DNA from: Raillietiella orientalis
Taxonomy: Eukaryota
Direction of reading: 5' to 3'
DNA: 64,000 nt
Assembly: GCA_036172245.1 (NCBI GenBank)
Contig: JAYWIR010000070.1
Coordinates: 124,001-188,000 of the forward strand
Shown here: in pieces, positions 37,410 to 49,484 of the stretch
Layout: each line of letters opens with the position of its first letter
Numbering within the stretch: the stretch's first letter is position 1
Notes under the pieces: model-generated
Databases searched by the model: none
Seen by the model: the letters and a program-made list of their open reading frames with translations, nothing else
Told to the model about the DNA's origin: nothing
Program-made: the position numbers and the translations under genes

Positions 37410-40400
37410 ATGTCCTGGTCGCTAGCGAACGCCAGGAGGCTAAACATCGCCTCCTGGAACATCAATGGATTGACAGACCAAGGCAAAAGGAAGACAATCT
37501 TGCGGACCATCGCAAGACAAGACGTAGTGTGCCTACAGGAAACCCACCGTCTCGGGCAACAAAACGCCCAGGAGATGGAACGCCGGTTCAACGGGCAACT
37601 GTTTGTCAGCGAGGGACAAAGGAAGACCATGGGTGTGGCGATCCTCATCAAGAACGAGCTCGTCCACACCCTTCTGGAAACCTTCTGTCCACTCGCTGGA
37701 AGGATAATCGGCGTGCGACTGTCCCGGTCCGACAACGTTCACCTGTTTCTGGTGAACGTTTACGGACCGCACAAGAACAAGCATCGGTGCGCGGAGGCTC
37801 TCCACGAGGCACTCCGCCAACGTGTAGCACCGAAGGACATGGTCATCGTCGCGGGTGACCTGAATATTCAAGACCACATCAAGTACCGTCAAGACATCAG
37901 AGGAAGAGAGGCGTATCGACGGTTGTCCGACGACTTCGGACTCGTGTGGCGAACAGCCAGCCACAAACCGATCGATCACGTCCTTCATAGCGTGGAGATC
38001 GACAACCGAATCCAGGGTTTTCGCGACATTCCTCACCTGCTGTCCGATCACCCTTTGGTTCGGTTCTCCCTCCGCATGGAAAATCCGCGACGGCGAAAAG
38101 CCACTAGGGCGGCGCTCATCTGCATGCCCGCCTGGTTTGAGATGCTTCCCTGTCACCAGGAGGTGATCGAGGCGATTCTGCGGGACACCACCATCCGCAG
38201 AGTCGCCGACTGGGACAGGTTGAAGCATCGGATCCACCTGTTCTGCAACATGCAGTACTTTTGCAAGCGACTGAGGCAAGAAGCGTACCAGGAGCTCAAC
38301 ATCCAAGACCGCTCCCTCTCCAAGTTATATGATCAGTACGAGAGTCGGTACGTCTTCAATAATGTGAAAGGGGAGGTCGGCGTGCTGGAAAAGAAGAATC
38401 TGGCGACAGACATCTTCTGCATCCAGTACGGCGGCCAGAAACGGCACACGTCGGAAGACATCGTGGGAGCATTCCATCAGCACTACGAAGAACACTTCCG
38501 ACGGCAACACACGTGCAAGTCTATGCAGAAAACTTTCCTGAGCTACCTCGAGAAGAACACAAGCGATCTCCAGAGAGACAAACTGGAGGAGGATTTCTCC
38601 GAAGATGAGGTGAAAACGGCTTTTGGGCAACTGCGGAAGGACGTGGCAGCGGGCCCTGATAGTGTACCCATCACGCACTATCAGCGGTACCTGCACGCCT
38701 ACCTGCGCTTGTTCCACCAGTTGACCCTCTGCATCCGTGAAGAAGGAAGACTACCCGAGTCCTTCTACGAGAGTCGGATGAGATTGTTGCCGAAAGGAGG
38801 CGACCTCACGCAGGTCGCCCAATGAAGGCCAATCTCCGTCCTAAACTCCGATGCCAAGTGGTTGGCGAAAATCTGGTCCAACCGCTTAGGCAAGGTCATG
38901 CCGAAGCTCATCTCCGGTCCAAACATGTGCGGTGCCCGGACGCCACATATTGGACAATGTCAAGTGTGCCCATGCCACCGTGGGACTCAGCCGGTACGTC
39001 GGCGAGGACCTGGTGCTGGTGTTCACTGACATGGAGAAGGCTTTCGACTCCATCGACCATGGGATGCTGCTGAAGATTCTGGACAAGCTGGGCCTTCCGG
39101 AATACTTCAGCACCTTCGTGAGATTGGAACTCGAGAACCAGTACTGCCGAATCAAGATCAACGGCGAAGACACGACAGCAATTAGGATGGAACGAGGAGT
39201 CCGCCAGGGCGACTCGCTAAGCCCTATGCTGTTCGTTATTTACATGGAGGCGCTGTCCTCGTGCATCGAGAAGAGTGGACGCCTCCAAGGCATCCAGATC
39301 AACGACCAGCAGCTCACCCACCTGGCGTACGCTGATGACCTTCTCTTCTTCATCAAAGGAGAACGAAATCAGCGTGCATTCCTGGAAGTGGTGACGCTCA
39401 TGGAAGAAGGACTAGGATTAAAGATCAATGCAAGGAAAAGCCAACTTTTGCCCGTCGGAATCCTGGACCTCTCCGTCCTCATGGGGAGAGGATTCCGAAC
39501 GGTGGACACAGCCAAATACCTGGGAGTCCACATTGGCGACGGCCCTGCGTCGAAGCTTTTGTGGGATGAAACCCTGGGGAAAACGGCGAAAGAGGCAGCG
39601 AAGTACACCCGACAGGACCTTGGAATGAAACGCAAGGCCAACCTCTGGAATGGAGTCCTCCTTCCTAAGGTGCTCTTCGGGGCGGCCTTTGCGAGAGTGA
39701 AAAGGGGACACCTCGAGGGAGCTGGAAAAACTGCAAAGGAAGACATTATGGGGCCAATATCGCCCAAGAGTTCGTTTGAAACCCCTATGTCGTCCCAAAG
39801 AAGAAGGTGGAACCGGGATGAAGTCGCTTGCACACTCCATGGCAATCATGGACACCCGACACATCCTGGATATCGCCGAACAATGGGACGACTGGCCGTA
39901 CGCGGCGCATAGGGCCTACTCGATGTTGCTTAACAACTCGAAAGGTCTGATGACTGCGCTGCTAGGCCGAGTAGGGGAGTGGATGACCATCGACCCGACC
40001 TGGAGGAGGAAACAACTGCTGGTACGAAAGTACAAGATCAAGATCGTGCCAAGAAGCAGGGAACTCTGGCAACAGGAGTCCATCCTTGTGATCCCTTGGA
40101 TGCTTCCGGTCCCGGACGATACCCGAGGATGGATCTACCGGCGGCACAGAGTTACCTTGCAACGAATCCAGGAATGGAGAAAAGGAGGCCACCTACATCA
40201 TGCTCGTATACTTCAGTATATCGAGAAGATGCTAGGTAGGTTCACCCACCGGACCCGCGAAGTGTGGATAAACCACGATGACTTTGCGTGGTCCAGGGTA
40301 ACCAAAACAAACCTCCGAAGAATGATAAAGGATCAAGATGAAGACACCAGTGCCCTCCAGGAAGCGTCCAATCGCTACGGAAGCAACAGGATCAACCTGT

Positions 40401-40830
40401 TGGCGATCGGCACGATCCTATGGAGGAGTGACCTTCCTCCGGACAGCCAGGACAACCTCCTGATGTTTTATCACGGAGGAATCCTGAGCGGGTCCAGACT
40501 AAAGTACTTCACAAGAAGAAAAGGAGACGAAGACTGCCCAGCATGTGAAGACACGGATACCAGACTTCACATCCTGACGTGTCCCACATTGCTCCACGAC
40601 TGGCTGATCCTTAAACGGATCATTGGACGCACCACCAGTTCCAGATGGAGATCCTAGCCGGAATGTTTCAGGGGGATGGTAATGTTCCCTGTTACAATCC
40701 CATGGTGAGGACGACCATTGCCCTCTTCATCACTGCGATTCTGGTGCGGTGGTGGAAGATGAGGAAAGCCAGGAGAGCCGCACCTCCGTTGGAGATCCTG
40801 CGAAGACTCCTGAAGAAGGAAATCGGATAA
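37410..40830 (+). pseudogene. LINE ORF2: APE endonuclease, reverse transcriptase and C-terminal zinc finger (disrupted)
   Basis: IASWNINGL, VVCLQETH, VNVYGP, AGDLN, IDHVL, SDH (endonuclease); GPD, *RPISVLNSDAK, DMEKAFDSIDH, GVRQGDSLSPMLF, AYADD, KYLGV (RT); CPACEDTDTRLHILTC. Lesions: TGA at 38823 (expected Trp) and frameshifts near 38915, 39718 and 40640. Confidence 0.93.
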
Positions 40831-41062
40831 GAAATTGTGGAAGACGAGCAGCCTGGACGTACAGACTCATCCTTAAGAGGATTGAAGACGACGCCCGGGA
40901 CCAAACATCCGCATACCCACCCTAAGTGCAGAACTTCAGTGAATCCCAAGGACTTCCAGTGAATACAGAACAAGGAGTGTATTGTATGAATGTGACTGTA
41001 GTGTGAAGGATATTAAAAAAAAAATGAAAATAAATTTACTCCACCCCTTGTGGGACTTGGGA

Positions 41063-41080
41063 AAATTGAATTTCGAGAAA
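41063..41080 (+). repeat. Right 18-bp target-site duplication AAATTGAATTTCGAGAAA
   Basis: Identical to 35398-35415. Confidence 0.92.
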
Positions 41081-42240
41081 TCATAGAAATATAAAGGGAA
41101 GATCTTTGTATTTGTAAGCATTCTCATTCACTCTGAAACTAGATTCTGTGCTCTTACATTAAACTGATATAAAATATGAAGCAGTGTCAACTCATTGAAA
41201 ATCTTACTGAAAACGATAACGTGCTCTTTATCCGTTAGCTATTTACGTCCACTATACGATTTACTAGTCCTTAAATTATTTGTTAAAAACGTGAAGCGTT
41301 CGGAGTAATGTAATCTTAAAACTGAGTTTCTTTTGCTGTGATTGCTGGATACATTTCGAGTGATTGTAATTCTTTTGCCAAGCTTGTTAAGGACGAAAAA
41401 TTTCAGGAAAAGATGCTGATGATAATTTCTTGTGAAAATTTCCGAAATGCTGCATCCCCTCTGACTGGATGAGTCTGGTCACTCTGGCGAACGCCGAGCA
41501 CCAGTACTCTCCCGAATGGGTAGATTGGCTCTAGGAGCAGTGTTGTAGTTTTACATGTTCAAAGTCTTTTTAAAATTTGAATTCTCAGGGAATGAAGTAT
41601 CTTGTGTTTACATCTGTGTCAAGCAATCAGAAATGAAAAGGGAAGTGATGCAAGTCGAATTGTGATTTACACCCATACGTGCCTTCATTCTTATTTGGAA
41701 TAATGTTTCGTTCTGAATTAATCCCCGAACTTTTAAAGAATCATGTTTTCCCCACTTGTGAATGCACAGCCAAATGGCAGTAATTCTGTTTAGTAGTTAA
41801 GTAATATCGTATTGCAACGATTCTATAGTGTTTCTAATGCACGAAAATATAAAGGTGAGGATTAACGAATTTGCGATGAAAGTGCGGCATCGCAAGCTTC
41901 TAAACAATATGGAAAATAATGAAACGATAGTGTTGCATCCGTTTCGAAAGCTCCCTATTTACCTCACTGCAACGTGGAGCCTTGCTGTAATTGCTAGAAT
42001 TGTGCAGTTGTGTTTCAAATAAATCATCATATCTTCAGTATTTGAGATTTTTTGTGCTATCTGTGTCTCATCAAATCACAAGTTTTTGTTCTCAATGCGC
42101 AAGTAATTGTTGACTGCATGTACACATCTTGTTTTTTCAGTTTAAGCTATTCATTAGTAGCAAATGAACATTTGGTGACCAGAATATCGTAATTTTGAGT
42201 GTTGATGCCATTCTGGTATCAAAGCCAATTGTTTACATAG

Positions 42241-43872
42241 GTTTCCTCGATATCAGCAATCTGGGGCGAAGAGGAAAGGGACAACAGTCCCATTCAATCT
42301 CCAACAAAAATAATGATGAGAAAAAAGATCCAAAGGTAAAAAGCCAATTAAACCCTTAACACCAAAGGAATTTTGCTGTAGATTCAGGAGTTCAAATTGG
42401 AAGCTGATTCAGAGCTTCGTTTTGAAATTGAGGGCAAAACAGATAGTGCTGCTTTAGAGGTATATGTGATTGTTCAGAATGTGCAGTTTCTTGTAGTTAC
42501 GTTCAGGGATGGCAGAAATCTTTGGTACGGAGTTAGTAAGAGGAAAACAATACAATTTTGGACCAGGGAGCAAAGTGGCTGTTTTTACATGGCAGGGTTG
42601 TACTCTCCTTTTGCGTGGTCGAACAGAAGTAGCCTATGTTGCACGCGAGACCCCTATGGTGCTTTATTTGAATGTTCATGCACAGCTGGAGAAACTAAGG
42701 AGGCAGGCAGAACTCAACAGAGCTCATCCACAAGCAGATGAGGGTCATTCAAAAGGACCAATTAGTCTTGTAGTTGGTCCTACTGATGTTGGCAAATCAA
42801 GTTTTTGTCGCATGCTATTGAATTGGGCTGTTCGTGTTGGCCGGCGACCTGTATATGTTGATCTGGATGTTGGCCAAGGCCATATCTCAGTACCTGGAAC
42901 TATTGGTATTTTCGTGTTGAGATGTTCTGTGCTTCCTTGATGTGTTTAAAATAGGAGCATTGCTTGTTGAAAGACCAGCATCCATAGAAGAAGGTTTCTC
43001 TGCTCAGGCACCATTAATTTATCACTATGGTCACAAAGGTCCTGCTCATAATCCAGCATTGTACAACATGATTGTTTCTCGGTTGGCTGATAATGTTCAG
43101 GAACGTTTGCAAGCTAATCGCAAAGGTATAGAATTACATGATTATAAAAACTGGCAGTGTTTTAATAGCAAGTGTTTCTGGTGTTGTTATCAACACATGT
43201 GGCTGGGTCAAAGGAGAAGGATATCGACAGCTTACTCATGTAGCACAAGCATTTGAAGTAGATTTAATTTTTGTTCTGGATCAGGAAAGATTGTATAGTG
43301 AACTTCTCCGTGATATGCCACAGTTTGTCCATGTTGTGTTGCTTCCTAAAAGTGGTGGTGTTGTGGAACGTAGTCCTACAGCACGTGCTGATGCTCGAGA
43401 TTCAGCTGTAAGGACTTACTTCTATGGCAGTCGAGGACAACTATACCCTCATTCCTTTGAAGTGCGCTTTGCTGATGTTCAACTATATAAAATTGGGGCA
43501 CCTGCACTTCCTGACTCATGCATGCCATTAGGCATGAAAGCAGAGGATAACATGACTAAACTGGTTCCAGTTACACCAGGTTTGAGACAGAATTTAATCT
43601 TACATTATAAAACCTTGTTTGCAGGGCCTCCTCTGTTACATCATTTGCTAGCAGTAAGTTTTGCAGCATCAATAGAAGAAAATGTCATTAATACAAATGT
43701 GGCAGGTTTTGTTTGTGTGTAAGTAGTCAGTTTGTGTGTTTACTAGCCTTCCTGCTGTAGAACTGGTATTGACATGGAACGCCAGACTTTTACGGTGCTT
43801 TCTCCACAGCCACGACCTTTGCCTCAAACTTTGCTGTTGCTCAGTGATGTACAATTTATGGATGAACATTAA
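42241..43872 (+). CDS. CLP1: Polyribonucleotide 5'-hydroxyl kinase CLP1 (multi-exon; start codon not resolved, conserved part from 42382)
   Basis: [36 protein letters not shown]-loop [56 protein letters not shown]...QFMDEH*. Confidence 0.95.
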
Positions 43873-46800
43873 TTCTTATGGAAAATGTCAGAAAAATTCT
43901 GTTATGCTGTTTGGAAAGAATGTGATTGACTTTGAAATTCCAGCTATTGCTGTCGTTAATTACACTAAAAATTGTAATAAAAAAAAATTTAAAAAAGATG
44001 TCTTTTCTGAATTTTGTATTTAATAATTTCGGTTGCAGTTTTCCGAATTTCTTTTTGAAACTTGTACATTCCAGTGGGATTAGTACTCGGAACTGTATTT
44101 TTTGTTTTTTGATATTGAACTCTTTAATTCAGGACATTATGATTATTGTGGAACGAATCAAATAATGCTTTTGGGTAACCGACGATTAGACATTTGTTGG
44201 TGTTGTGTTTTGTTTCGGCTTATTTCGATATTGACACGTTCAAAGTTTTTCATTTTGTTTTTTTAACGGAATACTGTGGTGCATACTACTGTTGGTGAAC
44301 CAGGAAATTTTACTTGATAGAGCAGAAAAACTTCACTGTCTTCCACTTTTCTTTTACCTTCATTTGGCCATCTTATTAAAAGTTGCGCACCTCATATCAA
44401 AGGAACTCACATAAGGATGAGTACGTGAACATAAACCAGTTTCTCATTTAATACTCAATCATCCTATTTCATTTTTTCAAATATTTCAAACGTGACCATG
44501 GTCATGTCTCAAAATTTTGCCATGTTTACAAGAAAGATGGCAGTTATAGACTGATCGCACTTTCGTCGTCCAAGGTGGGCGTCTTATGGTTATTGCATGT
44601 CATCCATCGTTTTAACACCATTTTTACACAGAGATTGTGGTAAACTGGGTTTGCAATCACCCAAAAAGAAGACTTTTCCTTTCAAAGACTTTCCTTTTTC
44701 TTTCAAGCTGATAGAATTTCATGAATGCTGCTAAGATTTTTCTAGTCTTAACAGTTCTTTTTTGGCACAATGGCTCTCCTTCTATACTTATAGTTTCATT
44801 GATAGAATTTTTGGAATGCAACTAAAGCGAGGACACGATTACAGTGAAAGCAGAAATGAAAACAACCCAATCTACCCTGAATCCGGCTAAATTATGCTCA
44901 ATGAGAGGATTTGCTCACATAAAGTCAGTACATTCAATCAGTCAGAGGGTACCATGGCATTTGCACGCTTACCTAGGACCGAAAGATGAAAGATCCGACC
45001 GAAAAAGGCTGAATGCCAGCCGATGATGAAGATCATGTTGTGTTGTGGTGAATTTTTACGGATTACTATGCCAAAGATTAAAGTTTAATACCCCCCAAAC
45101 AGCTGGGAGCTGCGTGTGGCCTGGGACTCCATATCTCCATGGCTGATAGAGACTATGAACATCAACCTACTAGTTTAATTAACAGAGATATTAAAGGAAA
45201 ATGAAATAAGGCAATAGGAATCTTGACAAGAAAGCGAATAACATCAAGCACATGCTTTGGAGACTTTGTAAGCATCTTTAGTAAAGAGTAGACAATGTCT
45301 GACAGTTAGCTCTATGAAACCTATATGGGACTTCGGATCAACTTCAGGTCGTTGAAGCATGAAGTATCTCACATCGGCGTCAATATTACGATAATTTAGT
45401 ACACTTAGTTTTTCTCTATGAAACCTGGCATATTAAATTATGAGACTCTGAACAGTTAAGCCCATTAAGTTTTAGATGTAAGATTGGAAATGTTACTCTT
45501 AAGATTCTGTCTCGGTATAAGGAACCATGGAAGATATGAAGATGCAGAGAATGTCTAATTTGACGAGCATACACACTGTAGTAATCAGTCGGTATTTCGA
45601 AGCTGGAGTGTCCTGTGTTAATGGATTAGAATTCCATTTTATCGCAAGATTCTTGTTTGAGATATTCCAGAGATGTAACTCATAAACGGAAATTTTTATT
45701 TCTCACCATTTCGTAAAAATCTGAGCATGAACTAGATTCCATCAGGCAACTCCATACTTTAAAGATTCTAGAATGGATTGCTAACTAAAGACATCATATT
45801 GTTTAAAAAATGATTTTTAATACTGTTGATCACTTTGTTGGGATATTCCTATGACAGAAGCTCGAGTACATCTCCAGATGAAACAGCAAACGAGATGCAT
45901 TTGTTCAATACCCTCGACCTTGTTGAGGTTCCTCAAACTTTGTTCAATAATGGAACAGAATTAAAGCGTTTTATAGTTAAAAGAATGTTCCAAAGGAAGA
46001 GGAGAAGGACTACAACTGAGATTAAAGAATCGCAACCTTGGTGATAGCGAAGCACGCAATGAAACGATTTAAAGAGTTGAAGGAAACAACTATGGTATTT
46101 GGGAAACAACTTGGTACAACTATGGAAAATGCTAAAATTGGTAGTCTAAAAGTACACGGTTTTACTTAAAATTGTGTCTTCATTGCAAAACAAGGGACAG
46201 CAATATTAACGAATAAGTTTAGAAGTAAACAGCAACTACCTAACGACATGAAGGTGTGTTCGCAAGTTTTTGGATTTTTCGAATTTGGGCTGTGTCCTTT
46301 TTCTGCAAAGGATCACGTCGCAAATAGCGGAAACTTCTGACGCCCGAAGTAGAAAACTACATTGCGTCATCAGCTGCCACCTTTGTTACATTATTCGCGT
46401 CTTGCCGTGTCTTTTTGACATGGTTCTGGGAGTTCGTGTTCCTGTCACTACGGAGGAGGAATGACCACACCGTTTAAGTGTGTGGCAGGCACTCGAATGT
46501 ATGTGGGATGCGTTCCTAATGCGATCCGAGTGTTGTGCAACTACAAAGAAAATTTCCGTCAGGTATCCCAACATAGCTGAATACACCAAACCTGATGCAA
46601 TAAACCCTTTAGGTGCTGCCATAATTCCAGTGACCAATGGTGAAATCATAACCGGTGTTTTTTTATTTCGAAAAAAGGAATCCAAAAATGCCAACATAGA
46701 TCAACGGTAACGCGTCCGTTCTCGCCGCCAAGCAGCACCGCCCCAGGCCTCCGCTGCGCAGCGACGCCGAGCTGGAGCCCATCCAGGTGACCATCAAGAG

Positions 46801-46942
46801 CCTGCTGGAGAAGCAGCAGGAGCTGAACCGCTCAAACCATCCGTCTCATCAATAAAGTTCCCACTTCAACACATCACTGCTGAAGACGCAGTCGTTTCGT
46901 TATAATCAGATCGCGGCTCCCGTAAAATCAACAAAATAAGCA

Positions 46943-47330
46943 GCCAGTGTCGTAGGCCTTGTGGTTAAGGCTTCCGCGTGTGGTACCACGCGTCGCGGGT
47001 TCGAATACTTCGGCAGAAACTCTGACGCCACTGAGTCGTCGAGTTCCGAGTTTCTCCTGTAATGGCGCTGGTTGGCCGAGACATTCGGGCGTGGCACCGG
47101 CGGTGGATTAAGCAGGAGGCCCCCGATGAAGGCCGAAACCATGGGAGTTGACCTTCGGATCTTACCAGGAATCCAGGAGTGGGGAGTTCCCTCTCCTGTC
47201 GTGCAACGGAGAGCAGACCCCCCACCGGGGGACCCCTTCGGCTTAAAGATGGAGCAGGAGCCCTCACTGGCACCTCTCCAGCTGTTCAAAGGAGCGGACC
47301 CTCCCCGTTGCAGGGGGGACCTTCCGTTTT
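46943..47330 (+). mobile_element. tRNA-derived SINE-like element (tRNA-His-like head, structured GC-rich body)
   Basis: D-arm/A-box-like GCCTTGTGGTTAAGGC (46956-46971) and B-box GGTTCGAATAC (46998-47008), but no intact cloverleaf. Followed by ~320 nt of GC-rich hairpin-prone sequence ending in a T-rich run. No clear TSD. Confidence 0.55.
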
Positions 47331-49484
47331 TCTTTCATTGGGGTTCTCAAAGCATTTTTTGCAGGCGCTCAGGGGAATGTGTGGGTCTGTCACGTGCCTT
47401 GAGGCGGCTTTCCTGCCGATGAAGGAACGGGACAGTTGAGACCATGTTAATGCCAAGATCGATATGGTAGGTCTTTCTCAGATGCACCCCCTTGCCGTGG
47501 GAGGGGTGACGCTCTGTGCATTCAGAATCCGTGGTACGAGGTCACATAAGGGACTCACGAGCCTCGAGCAGTTCTGTTCTTCAAGAACCAGCCGCAGGGT
47601 GATGACTCTGCATCCCTGGATCAGGAGGAGGATAGACACCTGAGCTCTGTCCCTCCCTCTCCATGGCTGTGCAGAGAAGCCAACGCTCGTCCGCAGACGC
47701 AGGAGGCAGAGACGAGACAATAAATGCCATAGGCTTCCAAAAAAGTGATCATAGGAAAAACGCTGTTGCTCTTTGTGGCCCTGGTGCAAGGATGCGTTTT
47801 TCTTCTTCTTCCAACATGTTGCCTCATCTGCTCACCTCCTATTCCATTATGGACCTTCTTTCTTAAATAGAGTCAAGGCATGACCCACCGAGGGATCACA
47901 GTAGTGAGTGCTGCAAGCCATTCGATGTCGCTCGAGTATTTGCCGCCTTCTGTGCTACGTTAATTACTTTGGCAGTTCCCTTGGAGTTAAGTGCTATCTA
48001 ATGTAAGAAGAAACCGAAGCGCAAGATGAACTAGAGGATGAGCAACAATTGAAGATTTAGGAATGTAAACATTTCTGTTTTTTCAGTTCAACAAAATTCC
48101 TCTATATTCTTCTGTGCTGCATGGTTTGAAGGAATATACTAGTAACTTGATACTGATTCAAAGTACAAACAATTCTCGTATTGTTGTGAGTCCAATTGAT
48201 CTAAAAGAAAGAGGAATACCTTAATTTGTTTTTTATACTTCTGCTGGATGAGAATAAAGTAGATACATCTCATCACCTTCAAAATGAAATATATGTCGAC
48301 AAAAGGTTAAAAAATCACTGAAGATCCTTCCCATAAATTTATGCTTTCCTTCCAATCATAAGCAAGTAGTTAATTTTGAAACAGACGTGAAACTAACTCC
48401 GATGCCACAAGAGGCAGTTTTTCAGATGTTTAGTTCAGTGTAATCGTGGATCACAAAACCTTTTGCTAAATGAGATTGGAATCTGCTAATTGTTGCACTA
48501 TTTTAATGCTATGAAAACGTATGAGATATCATTGATGTCACAGGGCAGCTGAGACCAGGGAAACGAATGTTTTTTTATGTGTTGTATTTCTACATTTGAC
48601 ATATTCGACATTTGACATTTCAGAATGATTCTAACAATCAGTGATCTGAAATACATTTTGCAAATGTGCTTGCACAGTTACACGGACATAATTTATGAAT
48701 TTAACATTAAGATTGTATTTGAAGTTCATTAAAAACATAGGTGTGTAATAGCTTCTGGCTTTGTGCTGTATTTGTTCAATATTTAGAATCTTTGAAACCA
48801 ATCTTGATTCTCAACATAAAGGGAAAAAAAACGGGAAAAACAAAATCTGTATCATCATGGGCTAAGCATTTCAATTAATTTTCTAGATGTTTCCTCCTCT
48901 TAATTTCCTTTGATCAGTGAATAAACAATTTCAAGGGGTTCTTGCAGTAAGAGTTCGCAAAATTTTAAATGATTTGCAAATGCAAATTTCAGATTATAAA
49001 TTAAGAAATGAAACTATTTATCATTATCTGATTTGTGTTTATGTATGTGAAGTTTTTTAAAAATTGTTCATTACTTTACGCTTTCGTTAAAATCAGAAGT
49101 GCATATTTTTGAACTCGAGACGGTTTATGTTTTTAAAGCTGACCATTTTTCACGAATAACGAAGTTGTCCATTTTCATGATGGACTTCGGTATTGTAAAT
49201 ATGAGGAAATTGTAGAAAATCTTGAAGCCTTTGCTTGCCACCAAGTAAAGGATGTTCCTGAAATATTCAGAAATTCATTTAAGGAATACGAGTGTGACTT
49301 GCTTATCCTGAACAGCTTACTTTATTTACCTTGTGATGTGTGTTCGCTTGCGTGCGTGAACACATGTAGCATAACATACCGTGGTATACCTGGTGTTTAC
49401 CTCCGTGATGTGTACAAGGATATATAGTGTGTTGTTTGTGTAATAAAATATGTTCAAAATGCGAGTTTAGGTTGAGTGTTCACA

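Larger units (their letters stand above)
35416..41062 (+). mobile_element. Full-length L1/Tx1-like non-LTR retrotransposon with a U4 snRNA-derived 5' head
   Basis: GC-rich block between perfect 18-bp direct repeats. ORF1 has three CCHC knuckles; ORF2 has APE endonuclease, RT and a C-terminal Cys/His motif. A10 run at 41015-41024 and AATAAA at 41029-41034. Confidence 0.93.

Noticed and set aside
35503..40192. Long antisense ORFs over the LINE (for example 36351-37151 and 37533-38306)
   Set aside because: Shadow ORFs expected opposite GC-rich coding sequence; no recognisable motifs.
41035..41062. U2 snRNA-like fragment at the LINE 3' end (CTCCACC.CT)
   Set aside because: Match of about 10 nt only; not distinguishable from chance.
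46943..47016. Functional tRNA-His gene
   Set aside because: Acceptor and T stems do not pair and the anticodon arm is replaced by a different hairpin; better explained as a SINE head.
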